The position numbers and the translations under genes were made by a program. Below, in pieces: positions 1 through 11,356 of a stretch of DNA of 64,000 nucleotides. Within the stretch, counting starts at the first letter, position 1. Each line of letters starts with the position of its first letter. A model generated the notes under the pieces. The model saw only the letters and a program-made list of their open reading frames with translations, ran no database searches and was not told where the DNA came from. Source of the stretch: Sphagnum compactum (Eukaryota); NCBI GenBank assembly GCA_965153455.1, contig OZ234493.1, positions 23,054,213 to 23,118,212 on the forward strand, given 5' to 3'.

Positions 1-1275
1 AAATTGTTGAGTATTTTGTGGCTAACTTGGCATAATTATTTGGAATGTTTTCAAAGGGGGCCCATCAATTCGTTGTGTCAAAATGCATATGAAACCTCAC
101 CGATCAATACAAATTCTAATTTCATGATAAATTAGGATATTTAACTATGCTTATTATTCTTTTGGTGAAAAATTGGAACATTTTCATGAATGTTTTCATA
201 ATATGGTGATCTTAAAGGGAATGCCTAGTTTACCATAGGGGTAGGGAAAAGCAACCATGATGAATAAGATATATTAAGCTTGGGCACCTTCAGTTCACAA
301 CCATGGTCGTGCAAAGGTTCAAAAGGTTGCTAGTTGCACTTGTGCCAAAGCTTAATGTGAGTGAAACAAGCACTTGTTTGTTGAGTATGTAGTGGACATG
401 AATTAGTACATTTTCATATGTTTCTTTGCATGCTTAAGAACATAGCAATTGAATGTTCGCTCGGCCTTTGAATTTCACTTTTTTGAACAAGGAAGAAGAT
501 GTCTTTAGTCCACCAACTTTGGTAGATAAGAAAGGCAACTACTACACCTCAACCAAACCCATCATTGGGTCCATAAACAAGTTCACAATTCCTTCTCATT
601 GTATTGTAGGTTACCCACTAGTAAGCAATAATTGGTGCCATTGTAAAACTCACACCAAACAAAAATGACAACTTATGTTGCACCCAATTGTCTTGCACTT
701 TAGAGAGTTTGCTGGCCAGCCTAAACTTGTCCTTTTTCTCCTTTCATGGGTTTCTTTGAAAAATAAAATTTAAAAATAATTATTTTGAATTTTAATTTTA
801 ATAATTAAAAAAAAAAATTGGCTTTGGGTGCAAAGGGTCTCTCCATGGATGGGGCCATGTAATCAATCACCAAATAAGCAAAAACAAATGCACTGGGCTA
901 CTTAGTTATATGTGTGTAATATAATTAGAAACAAATTGCCTTGCAAATGAATTCCCTTGAACATTTCAATTCCTTTGATGTTTTTTTTAGACCTATACAC
1001 CAACTGTTGGGTGGGTATTTGATTTTTTTGTAATAACCACCAATATCGGCTTTTTGAAGAAAAATAAAAAATAAAAATCGGAATCAAAGAACCGCCGAGC
1101 TTCATTTATTTCAGAAAATTCAAAAACCCAATCAATTTTCATGAAAGAAATCAGGGTTTTACTGGCAGTTGTTTGTTTTTTTTTTTTCCAAATATTTTTG
1201 GGAGAACCGCGGTTACCAAACCCTAGGAACCACCCTGATAACCACTATGGGTCTGCTCATCTGCTTCTGTTTTTT

Positions 1276-1750
1276 TTTGGGGGCCTTGCCTACCAAGGCA
1301 AGAAGGATATTGTGTTTAGATTCATTATAGAGTATAGTAGCTTAAGGCATTTTGGCCCCAAAAACTAGGTAATAATAATAGGTTTATTTTTATATGAGGA
1401 TTTTTGAAAGATGGTATTTTGGCTTGTGTTGGAACTTGAAATTAGTTACAAAGTTATAATATATATCTTGAAGGATTTTGATTTTTTTAAAGATTATATT
1501 TTTGCATGGTGAAAAATGTGGGTGTAGTTCACTAGTCCCTGTTTACTAGACGAATGAATTGATTATTTTTTCACTGCTCCTGGTTCATATAATGAGTGAA
1601 TTCACTCAAAATCCAGTGAAATCACTTGACGTACAAGGACACCTTTTGTTGTAATGAAATATTTGAGTTTCAATAATTCTTCTTTTGTCGTAAGATAGGC
1701 ATTTTTTTTAATGTAAATGGCAAGGCCACAAAGTGTGACACACCCGTAAT
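1276..1750 (+). mobile_element. Repeat family A copy 1 (Helitron2/Helentron-like non-autonomous), interrupted by a family B piece
   Basis: GGCCTTGCCTACCAAGGCAAG..GGCAAGGCCACAAAGTGTGACACACCC; homologous to copies at 4.6, 5.0, 16.2 and 35.6 kb; insert at ~1512-1656. Confidence 0.8.
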
Positions 1751-2129
1751 TATAACCACCCAAACACTGCATCGGGTGGTGGCTTTGCTTGAACATGTGC
1801 TGTTATTGTGTTGTGTTGTAGGAGAGTGCAACCACTAGTAGTAGTTCTTATTACTTAAACCCTTTTAGATTTTCCTTTGACAATGTCTTACTAGGAGGTA
1901 CTATGATCTAGATTTGTGTGCACCTTCAAGCAGGTTTTAATTAATTATTTATTTACTAATAAATTTTGTGATAAATTATTTTTTTTGCCAAATTTCCCCC
2001 CACAAAAAAAGAAAAAGCAACAGTAGTCAAATTTACACTAGAAATTTTTTTTCTCCCACTCAAAATGTTTTGTGAAAAATTTACAAAATGTAGTATTGGG
2101 AAAAAAACACTGCATTCATGGTGGTGGGT

Positions 2130-2700
2130 ATTGCCAGTTTTTTGTTTCCTTGTCGATTTTATGATGTCGGTCCCCCATGACAATCATCCATAAGACTTTT
2201 TAGCCAAATTTGGCTACAACAAAATAATGTGAAAGTGAACAAAATTAAACATCCTTCTATATTTTTGGCTACCTACTGGAACCTGATGTAGAATGTAACC
2301 AAAAAAATAATTAATGATCATTTTTCAAAATATAATGATCACAAACTCCCAAAAAACACTCTTTTTTTTTCATTTAAGTGAGGAATTACTGTATATTTTA
2401 CGCACAGGGTTTTAATAAAAGGATTTTGTGATATAGCCAAAGTGGTGATCATCCAGAAAATAATTTAGCCAAACTTCACTACATATCAGATACAATAATT
2501 AAAAAAAAAAAAAAAGATTCTTCTATATTCTTGGCTACTTACTTATTGGGACTTATCATAAAAATCTGGAAATTTGAGTTTTAAAAAAAATTTAAAAATC
2601 TTGCAAATTTGGGTCATCATTTTTCCATGGAAAAGAATCCTTTGTATAGGTCGAAATCATATTTTTCAGGTCAAAATTTGGCAAAACATTCACCATTAAA
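2130..2700 (+). repeat. Repeat family C (TAGCCAAATTTGGCTA palindrome), two adjacent copies
   Basis: Shared core ATCATCCA..ATTTAGCCAAATTTGGCTAC; also at ~3360-3760, 14330-14590 (-), 42770-42960 and 49960-50070 (-). Ends of the CAG(T/G)GTTTTT type suggest a hAT MITE. Confidence 0.65.
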
Positions 2701-3289
2701 AACCAAAGAAATTCAGTGCTTGAAAGCAGGGGAGGATTTTATTCAAGGGTCCCATGAGACCCAATTAGGGTCTCATTCTCTAGTACAAAAAGGGTTAGGG
2801 TTGTGTTATACACCACATGTATGTATGTATATATGTATGTATGTTGGTCACAAATATTCCAAGAGCAACTATGAAAGTTGTATGTTATTCCATGTTTTAA
2901 ATTTGGAGCTTTCTTGAGATTCTAACATTAAAGTTGTTCCTTCCATAGAGCCCAAGATGCCATGCCCCACCCCCAAAACCCAATCTTATCCAACATGAAT
3001 AGGGTTGGGTAATGTTCATTGGGTAGTGGCTTTCCTTATGGCCACCTTAAGCAGCTTTGGGGGGCTGACTTGCTGACATGTCTTTTCCTGATTGGATCTC
3101 CACACCCTAGTTATATCTCATTTTTCAAAGCTTTTTTCAATGTGTACATCATTCTCTTTTGTGGATGAAAAGTGATTTATATGCGTTTAAAAGCCTTAGT
3201 GGCAGGCTTTACAGGAATTGGGCCCGCTCGCTCTTGATGCCCAATTCCCTTAAAGCCCGCCCCTGAGGACTTTACACAACGAATAAATC

Positions 3290-3294
<5 letters not shown>

Positions 3295-3325
<31 letters not shown>
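3295..3325. repeat. (GT)n microsatellite, listed as representative
   Basis: Others: (CA)n ~7919-7936, (CTCA)n ~9283-9308, (CT)n ~9401-9421, (AAT)n ~14982-15020, (GACTG)n(CCTG)n ~33431-33490, (TA)n ~51989-52012, G-runs at ~8604, 22211 and 47231. Confidence 0.95.
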
Positions 3326-3329
<4 letters not shown>

Positions 3330-3883
3330 TTTATAACAAATTTCTTTGTGATATTTGCTGGGTATCACGGAAAAAAAAAAAAAAAAACAAGTAGCCTTTT
3401 TGAAAATGCAATGCCCATTTTTCCAAAATTTTCCAATTTTGTGATGTAGCTGAAAGTGACGATCATCCATAAACGATTTAGCCAGATTTGGCTATACACA
3501 CTAGGTATGAAAGTTTAAAAAAAAAAAAAAAAAAAAAAAAACCAGAAAAATCTTTTTATATTCGCGGCTACCTCGTGGAATTAATTTATCATAAAAAAAT
3601 ATGATGATTTGGATTTTATTTATTTTCAAAAAATCCGGAGTATTTGGAACATTTTTTGCCCATGAAGAATACTACTTTGTATAGATAGGTTGAAATCATA
3701 TTTTTTTCAGGTCAAAATTTCTGGTGGAAATTTCACCCCCAAACAGAACACAAACATTGACCATCATCATCAACTTCCCTGCCCTGTACCAACCCTAATT
3801 CAACACCATTTTGAATAGTAGTACTCAAGTTTAAAAATCAAACTTAAAGAAAGACCGCCTCCTCCTCCTGGAACTCACTCACC

Positions 3884-4046
3884 CATTATAACAAAATGCG
3901 TCCATATACGTCATGCGCGATTTCTTTCACCAAATTTTGAATGAATTCATCAGTCCAGTCCCAGTGAACAGAACTTAATGAAGATGCAATGAATTCACTC
4001 TGGTCTAACTAAAGAAGAAGGACTAGTGAACTGCACCCACATTTTG
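3884..4046. mobile_element. Repeat family B (CACTA-type MITE) copy
   Basis: CATTATAACAAAATG..GGACTAGTGAACTGCACCCACATTTTG. Confidence 0.7.
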
Positions 4047-4631
4047 CCAGTTTCTTTCTTTGAGTACTTATTTACTTCCATAAGGGGAAGGATTGTGAAT
4101 TTGATGAAGAGGGTGAGTGAGACTGGGTACCAGCATCACCACATAGGTACTAATTTTCTCTCACATAATCTACTCAAGTATTTTCAATGTTGTTAGGGGG
4201 GGAGGTGTCTGTCTTTGCAGGCCATCTTTTTGCAGTGTCTGTCATACAAGCTTGTGGTAGTAACTCGGTCAATGCACTTTTCCTCCATGCTTTTATTACT
4301 TGGCAAGCTTGACATCATTCTTCTTTGGTGGGCCTTCATAGGCTGCTTCGGAATTGGGTGCGGTTAGAAAGCTAATTTCATGATTACCACAACTGCAAGC
4401 TAAAAAGTCTATTAAATTTGAAATCGCCAAACCTTCTCGTGTGTTCTCTAAAATAAATAAAACATTTGGCAATAAATAAAAGTGCCCAACATCAATCCTC
4501 CTACTACGTATGGTAATGACCCATTATTGGCCTTGTTTTCCTGGAAATAAAGCCCTGGGTCAATTTAAACAATTTCTCAATTGAGTAAATTAACCCCGAG
4601 CTCTATAAGTAAGGAAGCAACCAACCAAGTA

Positions 4632-4964
4632 AACAATGGGTGTTTCACACTGCGGCCTTGCCGTTTATATTAAAAAGTATATTTCTTAAAGCAAAAGAAG
4701 AATATTAGGGAAACTCAAATATTTCACCATGCAAAGATATAATCTTCAAACACTCCTCTAAAAGAAACCAAAATCCTTCAGGATCATATTATAACTCTAT
4801 AATAACTAATCTCTCAAGTTTCAACACAAGCCAAGATACCATCTTTCAAAAATCCTCATATAAAAATGGGCCTATTGACTAGGGGCCAAAATCTTAAGCT
4901 ACTACTATACTCTATAATGAATCTCAACACAATATCCTTCTCGCCTTGGTAGGCAAGGCCAACA
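4632..4964 (-). mobile_element. Repeat family A copy 2
   Basis: Full-length reverse-complement copy, head-to-head with copy 3. Confidence 0.85.
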
Positions 4965-4965
4965 A

Positions 4966-5288
4966 AGGCAAGGATATTGTGTTCAGATTTATTATAGAGT
5001 ATGCCTAGTAGCTTAATGGATTTTGGCCCCTAGGTAATAATAATAGGTGTATTTTTATATGAGGATTTTTGAAAGATGATATTTTGGCTTGTGTTGGAAC
5101 TTGAGAGATTAGTTATTATAGAGTTATAATATGATCTTGAAGGATTTTGGTTTCTTGTAGAGGATGTTTTGAAGATTATATTTTTGCATGGTGAAATATT
5201 TGAGTTTTCCATAATATACTTCTTTTGCTTTAAGAAATTACTTTTTAATGGAAATGGCAAGGCGAGAGTTGTGACACACCCCTTGTTT
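4966..5288 (+). mobile_element. Repeat family A copy 3 (5' end clipped)
   Basis: AAGGCAAGGATATTGTGTT..GTGACACACCCCTTGTT. Confidence 0.85.
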
Positions 5289-8200
5289 ACTTACTACGGA
5301 CTTTCACAAGTTGTTAAGATACGGGGAAGATAAAAAACAAAAAGGGCAGCACAACATGCGGCGGGAAAGAAATTGAAGAAAACCAAAGACAACAATTTAT
5401 GTACATAAGGTTAAGTGTGGTGTAAGGGTAATAAATGAAGGATGGATATGTTGCAAGATTGATTGATTGATTGATTGAATTGGATGCCAGTTCTTCAGAG
5501 CTTTGGGTTTTCTGAAGTACCAGTAAGTACACCTGCACTTGTTTATGATGGCAGATGGATCCGTTCTTTCTTTCTTTCAAAGAAGATGATGATGATGTTG
5601 TTTCTTTTCTTTCTTTCTTTCTTTTGCTCGACAATCCAATCCACGATAACAAAAAGAAAGTCGTGCAACTTCTAGCTAGTAGCTTAAGAAGTATTTGCCC
5701 ATGCACGGTGAAAAAAGCCGTTTAAAAAAGCCCTTGAATACACAACTTGAGTTTCAACTAAAATTTTCATATCAAATAGAAACATCAAAGAACGGGTGGT
5801 TTTGTAGGCCGTTTAGGTCAAGGTAACTTTTTCATGTTTTTTTTTCTTCACTCCTTAAATACAATTCTCATTGTTATTTTTGTGTTTTGTGTTTAGTGTT
5901 TTCATTTGTTTGATAATGTTTTGATTTATTGTTTTTTTTATAAAAATTGAGCTTTGTTCCTTCTCATCATTGCTATGTGTTGTTGCTACTCTTGGGCTTC
6001 TCATTGTTGTGGATTGTTGCTCGTTGTTGTTACCACGCGTTGCTATTGCTCGTTGGCTCCTCATTGTTGGGTGTTTTTGCTCCTCGTTGCCATGTGTTAC
6101 AATCATTCACTAGCCCTTCATTGCCATGCATTGTTGTTGCTCCCTAGCTCCTTGTTATGCACCTTGTTGTGCCATTCTCCCCAAATATTTCTATAACTTC
6201 TTGTGGTTCCTTGGCTCCTCATTGCTTTGCTCTATTGTTGCTCCCCTTCCCTTTGTCCTTGTGGTTTGGTTCCTTCAATTTGGTATTATTACCTTCTTGC
6301 TTTGCTTTTGTGTAGGTGAAGGAGAAGAAACATGAAACTCAAATTTCAAGTTCAAATTTTTTCAAGGGTGAATCTTTTATTTTGATTTTTTTGTGTTTTT
6401 TTCATTGTGTTTGTATGTGTTTTGTGAACATGTATGTGTTTGGATTTTTTTTGTTGCATATGTTTTGTATGTTAATAATTTTAGGTTTGTTATTTGCGTG
6501 CAAAGTTTATTATTCGCATTTCACATTGTATTATTTACATACAATACTTGCACATTGCACATTTTTTAAACTATGAAGAGACCATAGAAAAGTGAGATAT
6601 TTTCCCCTTGTTAACGCTCGTAAATGTTTTGATTTCATTTTCAGAACATAGATAAAATTTTAAACTATTAAATATTAAAAATTAATATTTTAGAAATTAA
6701 AAAAATAATTATTCCTTCATCTTGTTGTGTAATATTTTGAAGAAGAAAAATGACGGATTCAAATGAAAATGGAAACATGTTCATATGTGAAAATGAGAAT
6801 GAAATAAATGTCAATGAAATTGTTATTGAAAAAAATGTGAAAAAATCATTAAAAAATGCAAGTTTCCAAACAAAATATAATAGAACAAGCGTCAAAGAAA
6901 GCAAAAATCAAATAATATACAATTATAAAACATTCGAAATAACAACTTTGAAAAAACATGTGGAAACACTTTAGATACCCACTTTTGAAAACACAACTGC
7001 CTTTGAAAACCAGCCATGGTGTAAAGTTGGGTGAGAACTCACCACTCCTTTTTTTGGGGAAAAAACCCCTCAAAGAACCGGCGGTTTTGTATGCAGTTAT
7101 CTAATTTTCTCAAACATTTTTTGGGAACAACTGTGGTTGAATATACCCGAGTCCCAGTTCTCTGAAAAGCTTGAATCAACCGTTGCCACCCGATAACCGG
7201 TGAGAGTTTGTGCCACACTTTTTTAATACCCGCCCAATAACACCGGATGAGACGTTTGTGACCCGCTGTGGGGTTCCAGAAGGACAAGAAGAAGGCTTCA
7301 ATTTTGAAGGCCCTAGTTTCAAGTGCCCATTTTGGATTGGTACCCATTTTTATGGTGCACTAAAGAACACATTAAAAAAAAAAGCGTTTTTTTTTTTCCT
7401 CTGGTGAGATTGAGATTTCGCCATTTATTGAAAAAGAAATTGGGAAATTTTGGAAAAAAAAACAATATAGTACGAATTCGACTAATTTAGCTAATTATTT
7501 TTGTTAAATGTGCCAAAAAATTGATATGAAAAAAAGGAATAAAAAAACATATATTTAAAAAAATTAAATTAAAAAAAAAAAAAAAAAAAACACAGAGGTA
7601 CCTACCTACTAGTTACAGCTGGGAAGAAGGAAAGAATTGAAAAGGAGAGGGGGGGGGGGGAGGGGAGAGGGGCAGACGTGCGGGGAATCTTGCAAGGTAC
7701 GATCTGCCCGTGCGGCTCTTGAATCCTTCTTCTTCCTCAGTGTCTGTCTGCCCTCCTCCTCCTCCTGCCCTTATGTGGGCTTTTTTCTCTCTCTCATAAA
7801 CGGCTCCTTCACAGGCTATAACGCTACAGGGGGTACAAGAGGACTGAAAGTCCTTTCCAGTTGAGTAATGTGATTGGGATTCACTGCCATCTTTTTGACC
7901 CAAGTACAACAACAACAACACACACACACACACACACTTACACTTACACTTGCACTTGCTGTATTGTTCATTGTGGGACCTCAGTCAGTTGGGACTGACT
8001 GGACCTCCTCAGTCAGTTCAGTCAGTTCAGTCAAGTCAGTCAAGATACCCTTCCCACTATATAGGCCCTAGAGTAGCTATTTATTACTCATAGGGTAGGT
8101 ATTTTAAGTCACTTCTTCACCTCCCTTTGAATAAGTAATTTTTTTTACTTGTACATGTTCTTTGGGGGGGGGAATTCTTTCATTTCATTTACAGGAGGAG

Positions 8201-8675
8201 TACAGGTGTCGGTAAGGTTTTTTTGTGTCGGGTAAAGCCCAAGCCTTCTTCTGCGGGCTTTCACCCTAAAACCCTAAACCCTAAAGCCCAAGGCTTCTGC
8301 GGGCGGGCTTTGACCCTAAAAACCCCTAAACCCTAAAGCCCAAGGCTTCTGCCGGCTTTGACGAAATAAGGGCCCTTATGAGGCGGAGCTCAGTGAGCAC
8401 AGGCGGGCCTGATTCAGGTAAAGGTCACAACAGCTTAGGGCTTTTACCAAGCGTAAAGACCCTAAAAGGGTGTGCAATATACTGTTGTTCCTTAGGGTAA
8501 CTGTGGGGTAGAGTTTTGCTCAATTTTGAGCCTTGCCCGTTTCGGGCCATTACACCTGCAGGCCCTTATTTAGGGCCAATACATAGTGGATCAACAAAGA
8601 AGAGGGGGGGGCGGGGGGGGGGGGGGTGGATCCAACCCTAAAACACGCTGGGAGGGAAAAAGAGGGGTGCTTGTC

Positions 8676-8873
8676 GTGCATTCACACTTGATGTTAAGTC
8701 AGAGTTAAATGAAAATCTAGGTGGCATCCTAGGTGGCACCCAATACTAAATGGGCGATAGCTTAAAATGTTAAGTGAATGTTAGCTAAAAATAAAAATTT
8801 CATGATAACTAAGTTTAAGTCCTAAATGGCTAGCCTGGTGCACTGTAGTCCCTAATGTCAAGTGTGAATGCAC
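8676..8873. mobile_element. Tourist/Harbinger-like MITE
   Basis: 16 bp perfect TIR GTGCATTCACACTTGA / TCAAGTGTGAATGCAC, extending imperfectly to ~23 bp. Confidence 0.75.
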
Positions 8874-10388
8874 CTCGCCTTAGTCATGCTGGGTCTAGTT
8901 ATTAGTGCATATGTAGTAAGGGGAGGCATTGCCATGAAGGACTGCCTTCTCCTTCCTTCCTTCCTTCCTCCTTGTGTGCCAGCCTTGTTGTGATTTCTTT
9001 TTCCTTGTTGCCCATGTCACCAAGCTGGTTCATTGCTTTTTCAGGGCTTTTAGAACTAAAAGATCAATTGTGGCTCCAGGATTGGGACACATTTTGTTTT
9101 CCATAGAAATGAGTGAAATCATGTTCCAATCTTCTTGTGATTTCAACTTCATTTTCTAAAGTTTTTTAATGACACACATGTAAAGAATGTGATGGAATGT
9201 CTCATATCTGACATAATAAGGTGGCAAACTCATTGCAAATCTGGAGTGAGTAGCTTCCAGAGCTACTGCAATATATTATATACTCACTCACTCACTCACT
9301 CACTCACTCCATTGGCTTCTCTTGCCATGTGTTTGCACATGTAATTTAAGTAAGTGCTTACTCACTTGGTGACTGTTGTTGGGTCCAAATTCTCTTGTGC
9401 CTCTCTCTCTCTCTCTCTCTCACTCTCAATCACTCCTCCTTTTTCTCACTCCTATAAGACCTGCAAAAAAATGTAAACCAATGGCAGAATCAATTACAGA
9501 ATTTCAAATCTTCTAATGCCATGCCCTGTAATGTGTAGGGTTAGAGCCTCAGAGTGGGATGTTCATGAAATAAAGGGGACTAGGATGAGACGATAGCCAC
9601 ATACAACACTGCATTTCAGGATTGCCCTCCACTTGTGGCCTTACTTACGGTCATAAAGCACAAGGCAAATGTTACATACATAGGTAGATCATGAGGCATT
9701 ACCATTGTAAAAGCACGAAGCAAATGTTACATACATAGATCATGAGGTTTTCAAGAGCAAGAGGCACCTTATGGCATTTGGTGTATAAGGATGTATTTTG
9801 TTGTAATTGCAATAGTGATGTATATTTAATTATAATAACTAATTATTAGGTATATAACTAATAACTATGTCACCATGTATAGCTTTTGTTAAGTTCCCAA
9901 AATGTTGACCAAACAAATTAACCCATTGCAACAAGTCACTAAACTTTGAAAATTCATCAACAAGTTTCGAATCTCTATCCTTGTTAGGCGTTTCATCCAA
10001 TGAATAATTGATCACCCAATTTTCAAATAATTCCAAATTTTTTTTCAATTTTTAAAAATCTTATTACAAACAACAAGAAGATCCCCACAAATAATAACAA
10101 TAGGACCCATAAAAAGAAGATATAGAATAGGAGGACATAACACATCGTACATAGATAACATACCATATTAACTTTAGAGGGACCCATAAAATAAATAATT
10201 AATGAAATTAGGTCAAGCATTTTCTATTTTCCAATTGTGTCTTTGGGGGTCCAATCCTACCAAAAAGTTTTGTATTCATCAAGATTAACATATCCCCTTG
10301 CATGCACCTCAAGTCTAGCTCCATGGGTGTGAAGGAAAACCAGATTTAGGCTCTAAATTTTTAATTCTTCGTATCCCATATTTATAAC

Positions 10389-10755
10389 TAGTGTTGGGCG
10401 GTTAATCAATTTGAGGGGTTAGAACCACTAGTTCCGATTTTGGAATCAGTTATAGAACCAAAACTAGATTTTCGTTTGAAGAATTAGACTCCAAATTCAA
10501 TTCCAAATTTCATTTATGATTTAATAAAACTAAAATCAATGGTTAATTGGAGATCAACTAGCAATTCACCATTAGTTCCAATTCATGTTATTCAAAATTG
10601 AAACTATAACTGAAACCATTTTTTAAGAAAATCAAGTTCTAAATGGGATTCTCAATTCCATTTATGTGAAACAAGGACTAAAATTAAACATATATATTAA
10701 AAAAAAAACTAGAACTAGAAGGTTCTTCTTAAAAGTAAAGTATCACCCAACATTG
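10389..10755. mobile_element. hAT-type MITE
   Basis: TAGTGTTGGGCG..CACCCAACATTG; repeated AGAAC(T/C) motifs; related piece at ~13914-14068. Confidence 0.65.
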
Positions 10756-11356
10756 GTTAAACACCAATCCTAGTTAGGTGATTAACATATACTTTGTTGG
10801 GAACATTAATGTTGTTATTGGTCAATGTACCTTGGTTTAAAGTGGTTTAGTTACAAGTGTAGGAGTTAATTTGCACAAAGAATAAATATTCTTTCATGCA
10901 TATCTATCTATTAATGAAGATCATTTGTTTGTTTTGTTTCTCTTGTTGTAATCTCCCAAATCACCACACCCCTTACCATGCTTGGTATTGCAAAGCCCTT
11001 TACAAGTAAGTGTGCACCAAGGTGGTTTTGTAATGCATTACAAGGAATCTTGTCCATGCTAATCCATTTGTTTGTGAGTTGTGTTAGTAGCAAATTAATT
11101 TAACCTTGCTTTGATTAGGACATGCAACCATTTTGTTGGATAGTAGGATCAAAATCTAAGGTAGATAAAAGGGTATAGGAGGAGAGAGATTTTTTTGGGT
11201 AAACTTAAGGTCTAAAGGTGGTTAGGATAACATGTTTTTGCTAAAAGGGAGGGTGGCTTGGATAAGATAGGAAGATTGTGGGTTGGTTGGCCTAAGGCAA
11301 ACTAAGGTTTGCTTTATCTTGACCTTGGACTAGTTAATGCATAGGTTAAAAGGCTA

